A stretch of DNA of 60,000 bases from Botryllus schlosseri. Its lineage: Eukaryota. Shown piece after piece: positions 12,901 through 25,922 of the stretch. A program made the translations under genes and the position numbers. The notes under the pieces were generated by a model that saw only the letters and a program-made list of their open reading frames with translations, did not search any database and was not told the origin of the DNA. Within the stretch, counting starts at the first letter, position 1. Every line of letters starts with the position of its first letter. The stretch lies in NCBI GenBank assembly GCA_051294905.1, contig CM119372.1, forward strand, positions 30,506,001-30,566,000, written 5' to 3'.

Positions 12901-15089
12901 ATAAGGATTGACACATTGATTTGATATATGAGATTTTGTAATGCTCGACCACGACTTGATTATTAAATTATTCACGATAATTAGACCCGATGTTGTGGTA
13001 AAGGTTATTAGAAAATATCACTTTTGGCATCGAGTACCAGTCGAAGTGGGTGAACAATAACACCGAAAATGATAAATGCGTTTCGTGCTACTATTGATAC
13101 AAGTTCATTTCTATCAGGTGAAATAAACGCCATCACAAAACTCAGAGCATGCAAAGGTCTTGATTGGTATGAATTTCGATTTGTGTCTTATGATTTTAGA
13201 AATATTATGATTCGTTAAACCAAAGTCGTATGTCCGATTATTAATTGATTGGAAACTTGATCACGTACCTCGATCATTACAGAAGATTATAACCCCATTG
13301 TCCGACAATATTTTACAAAAGGATCGAAACCAAGTAACCCAAAGTCGTTGCCGTCGCATAAACAATTTGTACGACGTTTGATAATTGTACCCTATACGTT
13401 GGTGTACTAGAGATATTTGTAAAACACACTCTGGTAAAGAAATCGAAAAGATATCCTACACCTAAATCTGATAAAACCATTTTGCACTTTTTGTTCGTCA
13501 GTAGTATCCATTTTAATTTTCCCATTTCCTCTCGTCAAAGTAGATGTAATCATAGTCACTAAAGAACTTACTTGGATGTGTTTGAATTCTAGACATAGTT
13601 ATGATTTACTCAACGCAAGACCCAAGAACAACCGTAGTTAACAACCGTGCACACATATCCAAAATATCGCACACTCCGCTATTCCTAAAGTACAAACACC
13701 CGATACAAAATATCACTTGTTGCGGCATCATCTTCACAATATCACCATTTTGTTTGTGTCAATTAGTTACTTTGTATGTTATCCCACAACTCTTACAAAA
13801 GTACGAAGGATATTAACATCGCACTAAGTAATTAACTTTACTCGATATTCTCGCATTACGAAACTAAAGAATGGTTGGTTAGACTCTACAAACTGTTTCG
13901 ATATCACAAGACCTTTATTGTCTGAATGGGTGTTCATGTATCTTAATAATCAAATAGTTCAACACAGAACTAGCACTAACAGAAACATCAGAGTTGTTTA
14001 CACAAAAGTTTGTATGTGTACAGTATGCGAATACCATGTGTAAGTCCAGCACAATTGCAGTATCCATTCGAGTTTAGTCAACACAAATTTATTACAACGG
14101 AGCCACGTAAACTTTCGGGAAAGAAAAGCATACTCACTTCCAGAGGGTTATGTCAACACCATAGCAGTTCCCCAACAACAAAGTACATATGTTTCTAGCC
14201 ACGGTCCTTACATCTTTCACATAGATCAATCTACTTTGCTAACGAAAAGTGCTGAGTCATCACATGATCGCTCTCACAACAAAACAGCTAGTAGATATTA
14301 TCATTCAAAATACTCCTAACCCTTTACACACCAGTGACAAATCATACAACGAATATGCTTTGCGGGTCGAATTGTTGTTCAGTGTCAAGTCTACCTGTTG
14401 AAACGTACATTAAACAGCGCAATCCAATTAAAACCACGAATCTATTTTCATTTCGTCACATACAGAAAAATAAATTTTCTTTCTCCAACACATACTTGTA
14501 ACCAATCGCTTTCATTAAACACACAACACCATAAAAGTATTTACTTTCTACAACATAGACATTCCGATGTAGTCAAGAAATATTTTTATTAATCAAAATC
14601 ATCGATTTCTGATCACGGCGTTAGTGTGTGCATGTCATACCTGTGGGCCCCGTATTAAAATGGACACGACACGACTGACTGTAAGGAGATAGAAGTCTAT
14701 CACATCGATTTACATGTGGTCTTCGCTACGGTTTCAAAAAACGAATCATCTCTTTTGCATTGATCTAGACCGAGCAAGTTAGTTAATGGCCATGATTGTG
14801 TTTGTCATATGCGAATGATAGGGTTACTGTCAAATCTACATACAACAATCTTCTGACGATCATAATAGCAATTTCATTTTCCGCCCCTTCATAATTGTAC
14901 AACTCGGTAACTACGTTTAACAAGACCAATCACACTACCGGCGTTGAACACAAGATACCTACCCAAGTAAAAATATCATTCTGGTTTCGACAACTGACGT
15001 TTACCTGTGTAAAATTATCATTTTCACTTGGAGGTCCACCATTACCTAACTAAAATACCATTGTCCTTTGGAGATTTATCGTCTACCCA

Positions 15090-15680
15090 GTGTAACAATC
15101 CCCTTTTCACTTGGAAATCTATTTTTGGCCTGAATAACAATCCCCTTTTCACTTGGAAATCTATTTTTGGCCTGAATAACAAACATCTTTTCACTTGGAA
15201 ATATATTTTTTCTCTTGGTAACAAACCTTTTTCACTTATAAATATATTTTTTCTCTTGGTAATAAACCTTTTTCACTTGGAAATATATTTTTTCTCTGAG
15301 TAACAAACCTTTTTCACTTGGAAATATATTTTTTCTCTTGGTAATAAACCTTTTTCACTTGGAAATATATTTTTTCTCTGAGTAACAAACCTTTTTCACT
15401 TGAGAATATATTTTTTCTCTGGTTAACAAACCTTTTTCACTTGGAAATATATTTTTTCTCTGGGTAACAAACCTTTTTCACTTGGAAATATATTTTTTCC
15501 CCGGGTAACAAACCTTTTTCCCTGAGCAACAAACCTTTTTCACTTGCAAATATATTTTTTCCTGGGTAACAAACCTTTTTCACTTGGAAATATATTTTTT
15601 CCCCCAGGTAACAAACCTTTTTCACTTGGAAATATATTTTTCCCTGGGTAACAAACCTTTTTCGCTTGGTGATCCGTCGT
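15090..15680. repeat. ~41-bp minisatellite in the left arm (AACAAACCTTTTTCACTTGGAAATATATTTTTTCTCTGGGT)
   Basis: Unit starts at 15301, 15342, 15383, 15424 and onward. Confidence 0.9.
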
Positions 15681-18299
15681 TTACCTGAGTAAAAATATCA
15701 TTTTCCTTTGGGGATCTGGCGTTTACCCAGTGTAACAATACATTTTCTCTTGGTCATCTAGCTTTTCCTAGAGTAACAAAACCATTTTCATTTTGAAATC
15801 TGACAACCACACCGACAATTTGATATTTTTGTATTTTCTTACAGCGAACAGCGACAAAATATACACCAACAACGACTCCGATACATTTGTCTAATCAAAT
15901 ATTCACTTGTGTTGGTGCATCCCATCAAAATCGTCGGTTACCCACATGCAATGCGCTCTTGTACACAGAAATGCATGTTTTGGAAAATTGGACAATAGGC
16001 TTCGATAGTTCTGTGATGTCCGGGTTCGTGCTTTGGATTTTCCAGAGTCAAAATGTCTGAATAAAACACCTCCTTGACGATGGTTGGTATGTGGATAACG
16101 GTGTTCGGAAAACGGTTGGATTTATGTCACCCATCGCGATAACAATTCCAGGTCGAGTTTTCCCCCGCGCGTTTACTATATTGTGTCTTTATTGGTCAAT
16201 GTATGTCTCGACATTCAGTTTGAAATCGGAAACCCTCATAAGTATGTAACCCGATCCGGATATCAACTCTGAATCGATAAACCAATGAACAATATTCAAA
16301 GTAAACATGTTACACCCTGTGTTCCCACGAAAAAATACCATCCAGACATACGTCGCGCTTGTTTGCCCACATCAGTATACGCGTAAATGGAGGTGTGTGA
16401 CATTGCATGCAATGTGTTGGTATACAAACATCGATCCACAGACATTATCATAGCCGGTAGTTTTGATGTAGATCGAATGTCATCACACCCGATAACAATG
16501 TCATACCAATAAGCCACATTGCAATGACTCTGAGTCCGCGCTATTACATCGATATTTCGACACCGTTTACTGATTTACTCGATGGTGTTATCGTGTTGTA
16601 ACATTACAAGCTAGTCGTGGCCCTATCTCCGGACAGACCACCCAGACCAATTGGATACATCGATCAATGTGTTGTCCACACCGAAGTTTTCTGCTGTAGC
16701 GTTTGACCATGGTGAACTATCGAAGTGGTGCTCGAAATGATTGCGATCAGTCTTTCAGTCACGATGCATGGATGTCGCTACTCCCACATAACGACTCCAG
16801 ACAAATATCGTGAACAGTGATTATGCAAATCTCGGACTGATACTGTGATCCAATAAGGTGTGTTTCTGTGGAATGAAGACTGCAATCGTACACCACAATA
16901 TAACACTACCTCGCGATTTCACACGCAATCATAAAACACATCATCGTAAGGATTCAGTTCGTCCGGTGACATTTCGAAACGGTCATCGCCACAAGAGATC
17001 GGTATCATTTTGAAAAGACATCGTCACAAGGCTATTGACGTCGATTCTGTTGGTCATGTCAATCCGTTTCACAATCCGCCGTTTTTCAACTCCCCGCACC
17101 ATAGTGTTACGACACAGACAAGAAGCGTCGGTGGAAATAATAAAACACGGAAAGCACACTTTGGTGTTATTTGACATGGATTTTACACCCGACGAACCTT
17201 ACATTCGAGCGATGCATTGGAATGACGCTTGTATTATTGACGTAGAAGGAACAGAAATGTATCGATTTATTGGTTTCGTACATATCCAACAAAAACCAGG
17301 GTATGTGATTGTGCGTGGTTCGCATATTCGACTGTGAACGCTCTATTGGTATATGCTGTATAGTTCACTTTCACCGTCGTGCGAATAACCCATGTTACGG
17401 TTCGATGTTTGTGTGTCTGTATGTCACGCTTCAGATTGACTCAGAGTCATTGCAATGTGGCTTATTGGTATGACATTGTTATCGGGTGTGATGACATTCG
17501 ATCTACATCAAAACTACCGGCTATGATAATGTCTGTGGATCGATGTTTGTATACCAACACATTGCATGCAATGTCACACACCTCTATTTACGCGTATACT
17601 GATGTGGGCAAACAAGCGCGACATATGTCTGGATGGTATTTTTTCGTGGAATGTAACATGTTTACTTTGAATATTGTTCATTGGTTTATCGATTCAGAGT
17701 TGATATCCGGATCCGGTTACATACTTTATCAGGGTTTCCGATTTCAAACTGAATGTCGAGACATACATGACCAATAAAGACACAATATAGTAAACATGCG
17801 GGGGAAAACTCGACCTGGAATTGTTATCGCGATGGGTGACATAAATCCAACCGTTTTCCGAACACCGTTATCCACATACCAACCATCGTCAAGGAGGTGT
17901 TTTATTCAGACATTTTGACTCTGGAAAATCCAAAGCACGAACCCGGACATCACAGAACTATCGAAGCCTATTGTCCAATTTTCCAAAAAACATAAACGTC
18001 GATGTACAACAGCACATTGCATGTGGGTAACCGATGATTTTGATGGGTTGCATCAGCACAAGTGAATATGCGATTACACAAATGTATTGGAGTTGTTGTT
18101 GGTGTATATTTTGTCGCTATCCGTTGTAACAATATACAAAAATATCAAATTGTCAGGTGTGTTTGTCAGATTTCAAAATGAAAATGGTTTTGTTACTCTA
18201 GGAAAAGCTAGATGACCAAGAGAAAATGTATTGTTACACTGGGTAAACGCCAGATGCCCCAAAGGAAAATGATATTTTTACTCAGATAAACCACGGACC

Positions 18300-18720
18300 A
18301 CCAAGTGAAAAAGGTTTGTAACCCAGGGAAAAATATATTTCCAAGCGAAAAAGGTTTGTTACCTGGGGAAAAAATATATTTCCAAGTAAAAAAGGTTTGT
18401 TACCCAGGGAAAAAATAGATTTCCAAGTGAAAAAAGGTTTCTTACTCTGGGAAAAAATAGATTTCCAAGTGAAAAAAGGTTTCTTACTCTGGGAAAAAAT
18501 AGATTTCCAAGTGAAAATGATATGTTTAGCCAGGTAAACGACGGACTGCCAAGTGAAAACGGTATTGGTACTCAGGTAAATGATAGTTTTCCAAACGAAA
18601 AGGGTTTGTTACCCAGGGAGAAAATATATTTTCAAAAGAAAATGATTAGTTACTCTAGGTAAAAGTATTTTTTCAAGTGAAAATAGTTTTTTGCTGTAGG
18701 AAAAAAATAGATTTGTAAAC
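18300..18720. repeat. Inverted counterpart of the ~40-bp minisatellite in the right arm
   Basis: AAGGTTTGTTACCCAGGGAAAAAATATATTTCCAAGTG-like units; fewer and more divergent than in the left arm. Confidence 0.88.
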
Positions 18721-21700
18721 GACAAGGGTTTGTTACTCTAGGAAAGGATAGATCGCCAAGCGAAAATGATAATTTTACACAGGTAAACGTCAGTTGTCCA
18801 AACCAGTATGATATTTTTGACTTGGGTAGGTATCCTGTGTTCAACGCTGGTAGTGTGATTGGTCTTGTTAAACGTAGTTGCCGAGTTGTACAATATACTT
18901 TTCGTGTGTATACAATTACGAAGGGGCGGAAAATGAAATTGCTATTATGATCGCCAGAAGATTGTTGTATGTTGATTTGATTTGTCGGAGTAGCAAACCT
19001 AACATTCGCATATGACAAGCAAAATCATTACCGTGAATACATGTAACTGGCTCACTCGGTCTCGACCAATGCAAAATAGATGATTCGTTTTTTGAAACCG
19101 TAGCGAAGACCACATGTAAATCGATGCGATAGACTTCTATCCCTTACATTCAGTCGTGTCGTGTCCATTTTAATACGGGGGCCCACAGGTATGACATGCA
19201 CACACTAACACCGTGGACAGAAATCGACGATTTTGATTAATAAAAATATTTCTTGACTACATCGGAATGTCTATGTTGTAGAAAGTAAATACTTTTATGG
19301 TGTTGTGTGTTTAATGTAAAGCGATTGGTTACAAGTATGTGTTGGGGAAAGAAAATTTATTTTTCTATATGTGACGAAATGAAAATAGATTCGTGGTTTT
19401 AATTGAATTGTGACTGTGTTGTTTTAATGTACGTTTCAACAGGTAGACTTGACACTGAACAACAATTCGACTCACAAAAAATGTTTGTTGTATGATTTGT
19501 CACTGGTGCGCAAAGGGTTAGGAATATTTTTGATTTACTGCTATGGCATTGACATAACCCTCTGAAAGTGAGTATGCTTTTCTTTCACGAAAGTTTACGT
19601 GGCTCCGTTGTAATAAATTTGTGTTAACTAAACTCGGATGGATACCACAATTGTGCTGGACTTACACATGGTATTCGCATACTGTACACATACAAACTTT
19701 TGTGTAAACAACTCTGATGTTTCTGTTCGTACTAGTTCTGTATTGAACTATTTGATTATTAAGATACATGAACAATCATTCAGCCAATAAAGTTCTTGTG
19801 ACATCGAAACAGTTTGAAAGCGGTGCCAATCATTGTACAGGTTTGTAGCATGGGAATATTTTTGTGTGTCGTGAATATCTTTCGTATACACTTAGTATGA
19901 AATGAGATAATAAGTAGTGTCTTACAAAAGTAAAACATGTTGTGTTTGATTGCAGACTTTTTATCGTTGTTCGTTGTGGTTTTGAAAGATGGATGAGTTT
20001 ACATTTAAATATAGTAAGCAGAACAACTCAAGTAATAAATTTTACTCGTTTGAAAATACCGATCAATGGAGTAGCAATATCAATATGGGTGGTATATTAT
20101 TTTTCGCGATATGCACCAACCATCTAAGTATAACTTTTCAAAAATTTATCATGTCATAGAAAAGTTGGTTTTTATGAAATCGAAACAAATATACTTCGAT
20201 TATCACGACAAAGGAATTGAGATCAACGCAGTATTTCGAAATGGTATGTTCTGCAATCGCTAAATATCAAACTGTGCATACAACTCGGTTAGGTAAACGA
20301 CCCAGTTACAAGTCGGATGTATTCTTGGTGTACAGATGGCAGTCTGATGATGTAAAGCTCAACCACTCTAGCGATTCGAAACAATTGTGCTTCGATTATT
20401 ATGATGATGGAAATTACGATCAACGGAGTATTTCGAAGTGACTGTGTATCGTTCGGTATGTTCACCAATCGCTAAATGTCGGTTAATTAAACGATACAAA
20501 TGACAGCTTGATGATGGTAAAGCTCAACCACGCAAATGTGTTCATTGCAAAGTATTTGACACAAACAAAATATCGAATGGAGACCATCACATTGGTTTCA
20601 TTTCGAGTGAGTGAAAATTGTTTTCTGTTGACCAGGTAGGACACATTTGACAAACATCGTGCACATTGTATCTTTGTGATGGTAACGACTTTCGGCGACT
20701 TAGTTTCATGTCGGGAATTATTATTTGAGGGTTCAAAAAAACAATCAATACTACAAATGAACAACAATGCAAAACACGTTTAGCAAATAACAGTGTGGCA
20801 AGTACTTTTTCGATATTACGAGTGTTGGGCACTAGACACTTCTAGTTGAATTGGATGCATCTAACAAACATGTCCCAATTTACTTTTGTAATGATCAAAG
20901 TCTTGCAACCTCGCGATATTTTACATTTAGCATGTTCTATAGAAAGTGTGAGCGGAGTTGAGTATTAATCGTGTACTTGGCATAGTGCTTTGATATCAAA
21001 GAGATATTTTCACACTGTGTAATGTTTCAATTCTCTGTTGCGAATTCCGACAGTAACGACATTGATGTTAAATCCTCGCCCGTGGTTATTGTAAGTGAAT
21101 CCTAAACATCGCAACAGTCGGTATGGAAATCGAACGCATGCATACTTTTAGATAGGTGACACTAACAAGTTTATTACATCCGTGAAATACTCTGAAACGT
21201 CGATTCGTGATTGTGTTAGCTATATTCATCTTCCATATCTGTGGACACAAAGATTTCTTAACTTTGGTTACAGCTCATTCGAAACGAATTGTCGCGTGCA
21301 ATCTAAAAAAAGCACAAGTCGAAGACGAATGATTTGATTTCAATGAACTAAAAAGTCCTTTTGTTTTGATGTTGGATTTAATACAATTTGTATGACTATG
21401 TCGAGTCCGATTCCGAAAGTGAAATGTTACTTTAGTAAAAAAATTCGATGACTCGCATTATGATATTGATAGATGTGTAGAGTAATATGACTAGTTTATA
21501 GAATCTCGGTAATGTTTTTTTTTTGTCATGTCTGTGATCAACAAATATGTGATCAAGTCTTACCATTCGATATTAACTTTCGCAGTCGGTGTAATTTGTT
21601 GAAGTAACAATACCGACGAGTTCAATAATATTCTCCATCGACGCATTCGAATAATCCGTCAGCTGCAAGCGGATTTAAAACTCGATGCCGTTTTGTGGTT

Positions 21701-24700
21701 AACTCAAGTCAGTTGCCGCGTGCGTGTTGATTTCAGGAATGATCATGACTTGTTTCCTGGGTAGATTAGTTATTGTGTTTGTAACTATTACCGTAAAGAG
21801 TTGCTGACATTCCAATATCTTTTACGCTGTCATATACGGATTCAATTGTGCTAATTTAATTCTCAGTTATTGTTCTGGCATTCAAATCTCGTATGCTCAA
21901 AATATAATAGGTTTATGGTCAAGTCGCATATGTACCAATTAGTAAATAGTCTGTCTTACAGAGTAGTATAACGACCTGTATACAGTTGGATAAAAATTAT
22001 CGGTCATATGAATACAACCAGATGAATTAATTCAAGTTTGCTAGTTGTACTGATATAATCAAGTAAGTGAAAACTAGATTTTTAACACTGGTGTTTGTTG
22101 TGAATAATTCTTTTGAGTATGGTAAGATGTTAAAATGTCTCTTTGACAAACGGAAAGCCTGATCGCGAATAGAGTTGTAATGTTTCATTACTTGTTTCAA
22201 GTCAATGTGCGTATAATATCGAAATGGTACTTGGAAAGATGAAAGATGGTAGTCATGTTTGTCAATCCTATTTCAATTCAAACTACACCAAAGTCAAAAT
22301 ATTTCATTTTTGATTATCTCAGTTTACCTGTAGTACATCTGACGAACGGATTTAAAGTTGACAAATTACCAAAATGATTGAATATTATCGGGTTAGAGAT
22401 AGTTGGTATTGATTCTATAATTGTTAAAACAGCGGTGTGGAATGTGTGAATGATTCGGAGTTAGTTGGTCAAGTCAAGTAATATTCAATTTCAAAAGGAT
22501 TATACTCTTAAAAAGATTCGAGTTATACCAACAATTGACAATTTGTGGGTATTCAAGTCGTTGCCGTTGTGGTTCTGTTATTCCTTACCCTTGTGAGTGA
22601 TCGTGGGATTTTACAATTATTTCACACCTATTTGAGTATGCGGTAACCACACAAAGGATTAGGGTTAGGACGGAAATAAGTGACAATTTGTTGCTATTCA
22701 AGTTACCGACACCGGCGGTTCTGTTAGTCGTTACTTATTAAATCTTGCCAGCGAAATCAAGTTCTGTGACAAACTGATTACTAAAATTTCACCGCGTGAG
22801 CGAGCCAACACGAGTTTCCAATACGACATGCGAGAGATACCTATACTTGAAAGTACGACGTGTGAGCGCACCCATAAGAACACATGGCGAATCACCACCA
22901 CAGCCTATACCTGTAACGTTATCATGTCGTCGCGTCCATAAGAATAACGATATATCATTGTCGTCCAAAATATTACTTATGCGTAATTCCTACCTTTGTA
23001 ACACCAAACCACGAGAGATGACTAATGTTTTCAACCGCGGAATACTTGGATAATTTTGGCGATGATAAAAAAGCGAATGATACGATTGTACGTGCTTTTG
23101 TGAAGAGTTTGATTTCAGAGTAATAAACGAATGTGTAAATGTATATACTTGTGATTCTTGTTGCGACTGTGAACAGCAGACTATTCTGTAGGCGCGAAAC
23201 AGCGAATAAGCCGAAAGTATTATTCAGCTAGCAGTCAATAGCGAGGAAAGAGAACACGATCGGTCATTTGACACGACTAAACTACGACATCATATATCAT
23301 AATTTACAATCAAACTATTTCGCACTGACTGGTCTAGTGTAATATTCGATAGTAGCACGCGGTTGGCCGTGAAACAATTCAGCGCGCAGGTCATTCGTAA
23401 TATAGGTCGCACTGCTTAATCCCCTTGCAAGCACGTTTCCGTTTGTGCGGTTATTGTTGGTGACTATTCAACACCGCGCGAGAGATGGTTGAAAGTGCAA
23501 GTACGAATCACGACCCCGAGTTTTCAATACGAGTCGCCGCCCCAGCCTATACCCAAAAGTACGAATCACGACCGCGTCCATAAGAACCCATTACGAATCG
23601 CGGCCCCGAGGGGGTCTGAAAGTACGAGTCGCCACCCCCGGTTTTCAATACGAATCGCCACCCCGCCATAAGCACCCCAGGCACCCCCAGACTATTTCGT
23701 AGGCGCGAAACAGCGAATAAGCCGAAAGTATTATTCAGCTAGCAATCAATAGAGAGGAAAGAGAACACGATCGGTCCTTTGACACGACTAAACTACGATA
23801 TCATATATCATAATTTACGATCAAACTATTTCGCACTGACTGGTCTAGTGTAATATTCGATAGTAGCACACAACTGCACGGAAACAATTCAGCGCGTAGG
23901 TCATTCGGAATATAGGTCGCGCTGCTTAATCCTCACAACAAGCCACGTTTCCGTTTGTGCGATTATTGTTGGTGACTATTCAACACCACGCGAGAGATGC
24001 CTGAAAGTACGAATCACGACCGCACCCATAAGAACACATGGCGCATCACCACATATCTCGTAAGAATACATGGCGCATCACCGTCACCGCCTATAGCAAA
24101 AAAGGCGAGTCACGAACACGAGTTTTCAGGCACATCACCACCGCAGCCTATACCAGAAAGGGTACCATCATCACCGCATCCATAAGAACACATGGCACAT
24201 CACCACCACAAGGGGGGTCAAAATGGGTACCATCATCACCCCGGGTTTTCAGGCACATCACCACCCCGCCATAAGCACCCCATAGCCCGTCACGACCGAT
24301 CTACTATACTACTCCAACTAGTAGCCGCCTTGCTACGGGAGAAGAAAGTTTCTATTTATTATACAAAAATAAATAACGAAAAATTTGAAATTTTTCTGTT
24401 CACCCCATGAAAGTATTACGTTGTCTATAAAAACTATGTTCTTCAAATTTGGTTCAATTCTGACCAGTAGAAGCGTAGTTATTGCCGTCAAAAAATTTGG
24501 ATTTGAATAAAATAGTATTTGGTCACAGAGTCTATTCGCAGCCAGTTAGGCAGCCCGCCACGCGAATTGGAATTTATTTCGTGTCAGAGCAAAAACAGCA
24601 TGACATTACGAACGATAATCAACCTAAATGTAACAGTATTGGGGAGAGAGTAGGTAAAGCTACTGCTGCAGAAGCGGTAATTCAGATCAGCGATGATAGC

Positions 24701-24955
24701 AGGCGCACCAGCCTACTGCGTATCAGGCCTGCCCCACACCACACCACACACAGTCGATAGTAGCACATGGGCCGCAAGAGATGTCAGTAACTTCAGATCG
24801 TATGCCGCTATACACAGTCTATTGTCGCTAATTTACATCACTAATAACAAAATACTAAATTGCAAATGTATGGCGAAAGATTGGACATACAATCGGCATT
24901 TTGAAACAAAAGGGAAGCTATTTCGACCCTGGCTGGCTACGTCACTTCATTTATG

Positions 24956-25922
24956 CAGTGTTGGGATCAAGTCACTACCTTCGAGTCACGAGTCATTTCG
25001 AGTCATTGCACATTTTGACTCGAGTCAAGTCAAGTCAATCGATTTCCGAAGGTGACTCGAGTCAAGTCAAGTCACTCGATTTTTGGAGGTGACTCGAGTC
25101 AAGTCGAGTCAAGTCAAGTCAAGTCACGAGTCAAGTCACAATTCAAGTCAAATTGCCTTTTCGAGGTATGAGGCGTGATCACGTCATTGTATTTTGCTAG
25201 CTGTCTGAAATACAGATTGAGTGGTCATTAATTTTGAACTGAGGAAGGAATATAGAGTTAAATATACACGCAAGTCAGGCGCTGTATCGCTCACATATAA
25301 GTAGAGCTAATAAACTACGTAAGTAATTGCACAGCCTCAGTTTATAGTAACCAGCCAAAATAGAGAATAGAGAAACAAATTAGTAAGATGCAATGCATTA
25401 CCCTTTTGCAAATTGATATGATACAATTCGAGCCTGCGCCAATGGTTGAGGACTATATAAACTATTTTCGAATTCAATTTCAATAAAACACGCGGTTTGG
25501 TTAACACAGAACAGAAATGGACATTTTGCCATTACTACTTTACTAAAGTCTAGTTTACGACAACGTAGGCTGTAAGCTTCGATCACTTCGTTTGCGATCA
25601 ATATATTTGTGAGAGAGAAATGGAGGCTCAGTAAAACGCACGATCATTGAATGATTGGTCGCTCTCACGGGTTACACCAGCGTTGCGCGAACAATCCGAA
25701 CATATGCCAGATACAGTGATTTTCATCGACACTGATTACTTGATGACTTGAAATTGACTCGTGAATTTTGCTCCGAGTCACGAGTCAATCCACATTTTTG
25801 ATACGCCAAGTCAAGTCAAGTCAAGTCATTTTAGCAAAGTGACTCGAGTCAAGTCAAGTCATTCGAAAAAGTGACTCGAGTCTGACTCGAGTCAAGTCAT
25901 GACTCGAGTCATCCCAACGCTG
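24956..25922. mobile_element. hAT-type MITE with (CAAGT)n/GACTCGAGTC subterminal repeats
   Basis: TIR CAGTGTTGGGAT...ATCCCAACGCTG; TSD CATTTATG at 24948-24955 and 25923-25930. A second copy is at 46387-47290. Confidence 0.92.

Larger units (their letters stand above)
10271..24313. mobile_element. Non-coding 14-kb giant-palindrome element with Polinton/Maverick-type termini
   Basis: The first 36 bp (AGTAGTATAGTAGATCGGTCGTGACGGGCTATGGGG) are the exact reverse complement of the last 36 bp. A 6-bp TSD CCAACT lies at 10265-10270 and 24314-24319. Arms 10271-16536 and 17438-24313 are inverted homologues. The ORF track shows no ORF over ~130 aa inside. Confidence 0.88.

Noticed and set aside
15090..15680. 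CRISPR-like array
   Set aside because: Units are contiguous with no unique spacers, there are no cas genes, and the context is eukaryotic. The same applies to the TIR subrepeats and the 177-bp satellite.
13887..19816. Palindrome as a sequencing or assembly fold-back artefact
   Set aside because: The arms differ by many substitutions and indels, the spacer is unique, and the element has a TSD and collinear host flanks.
11000..23200. Short ORFs inside the 14-kb element as viral genes
   Set aside because: All are at most ~130 aa with no recognisable pPolB, integrase, ATPase, protease or capsid motif. Where compared, frames are not preserved between arms. Remote homology cannot be excluded without a search.
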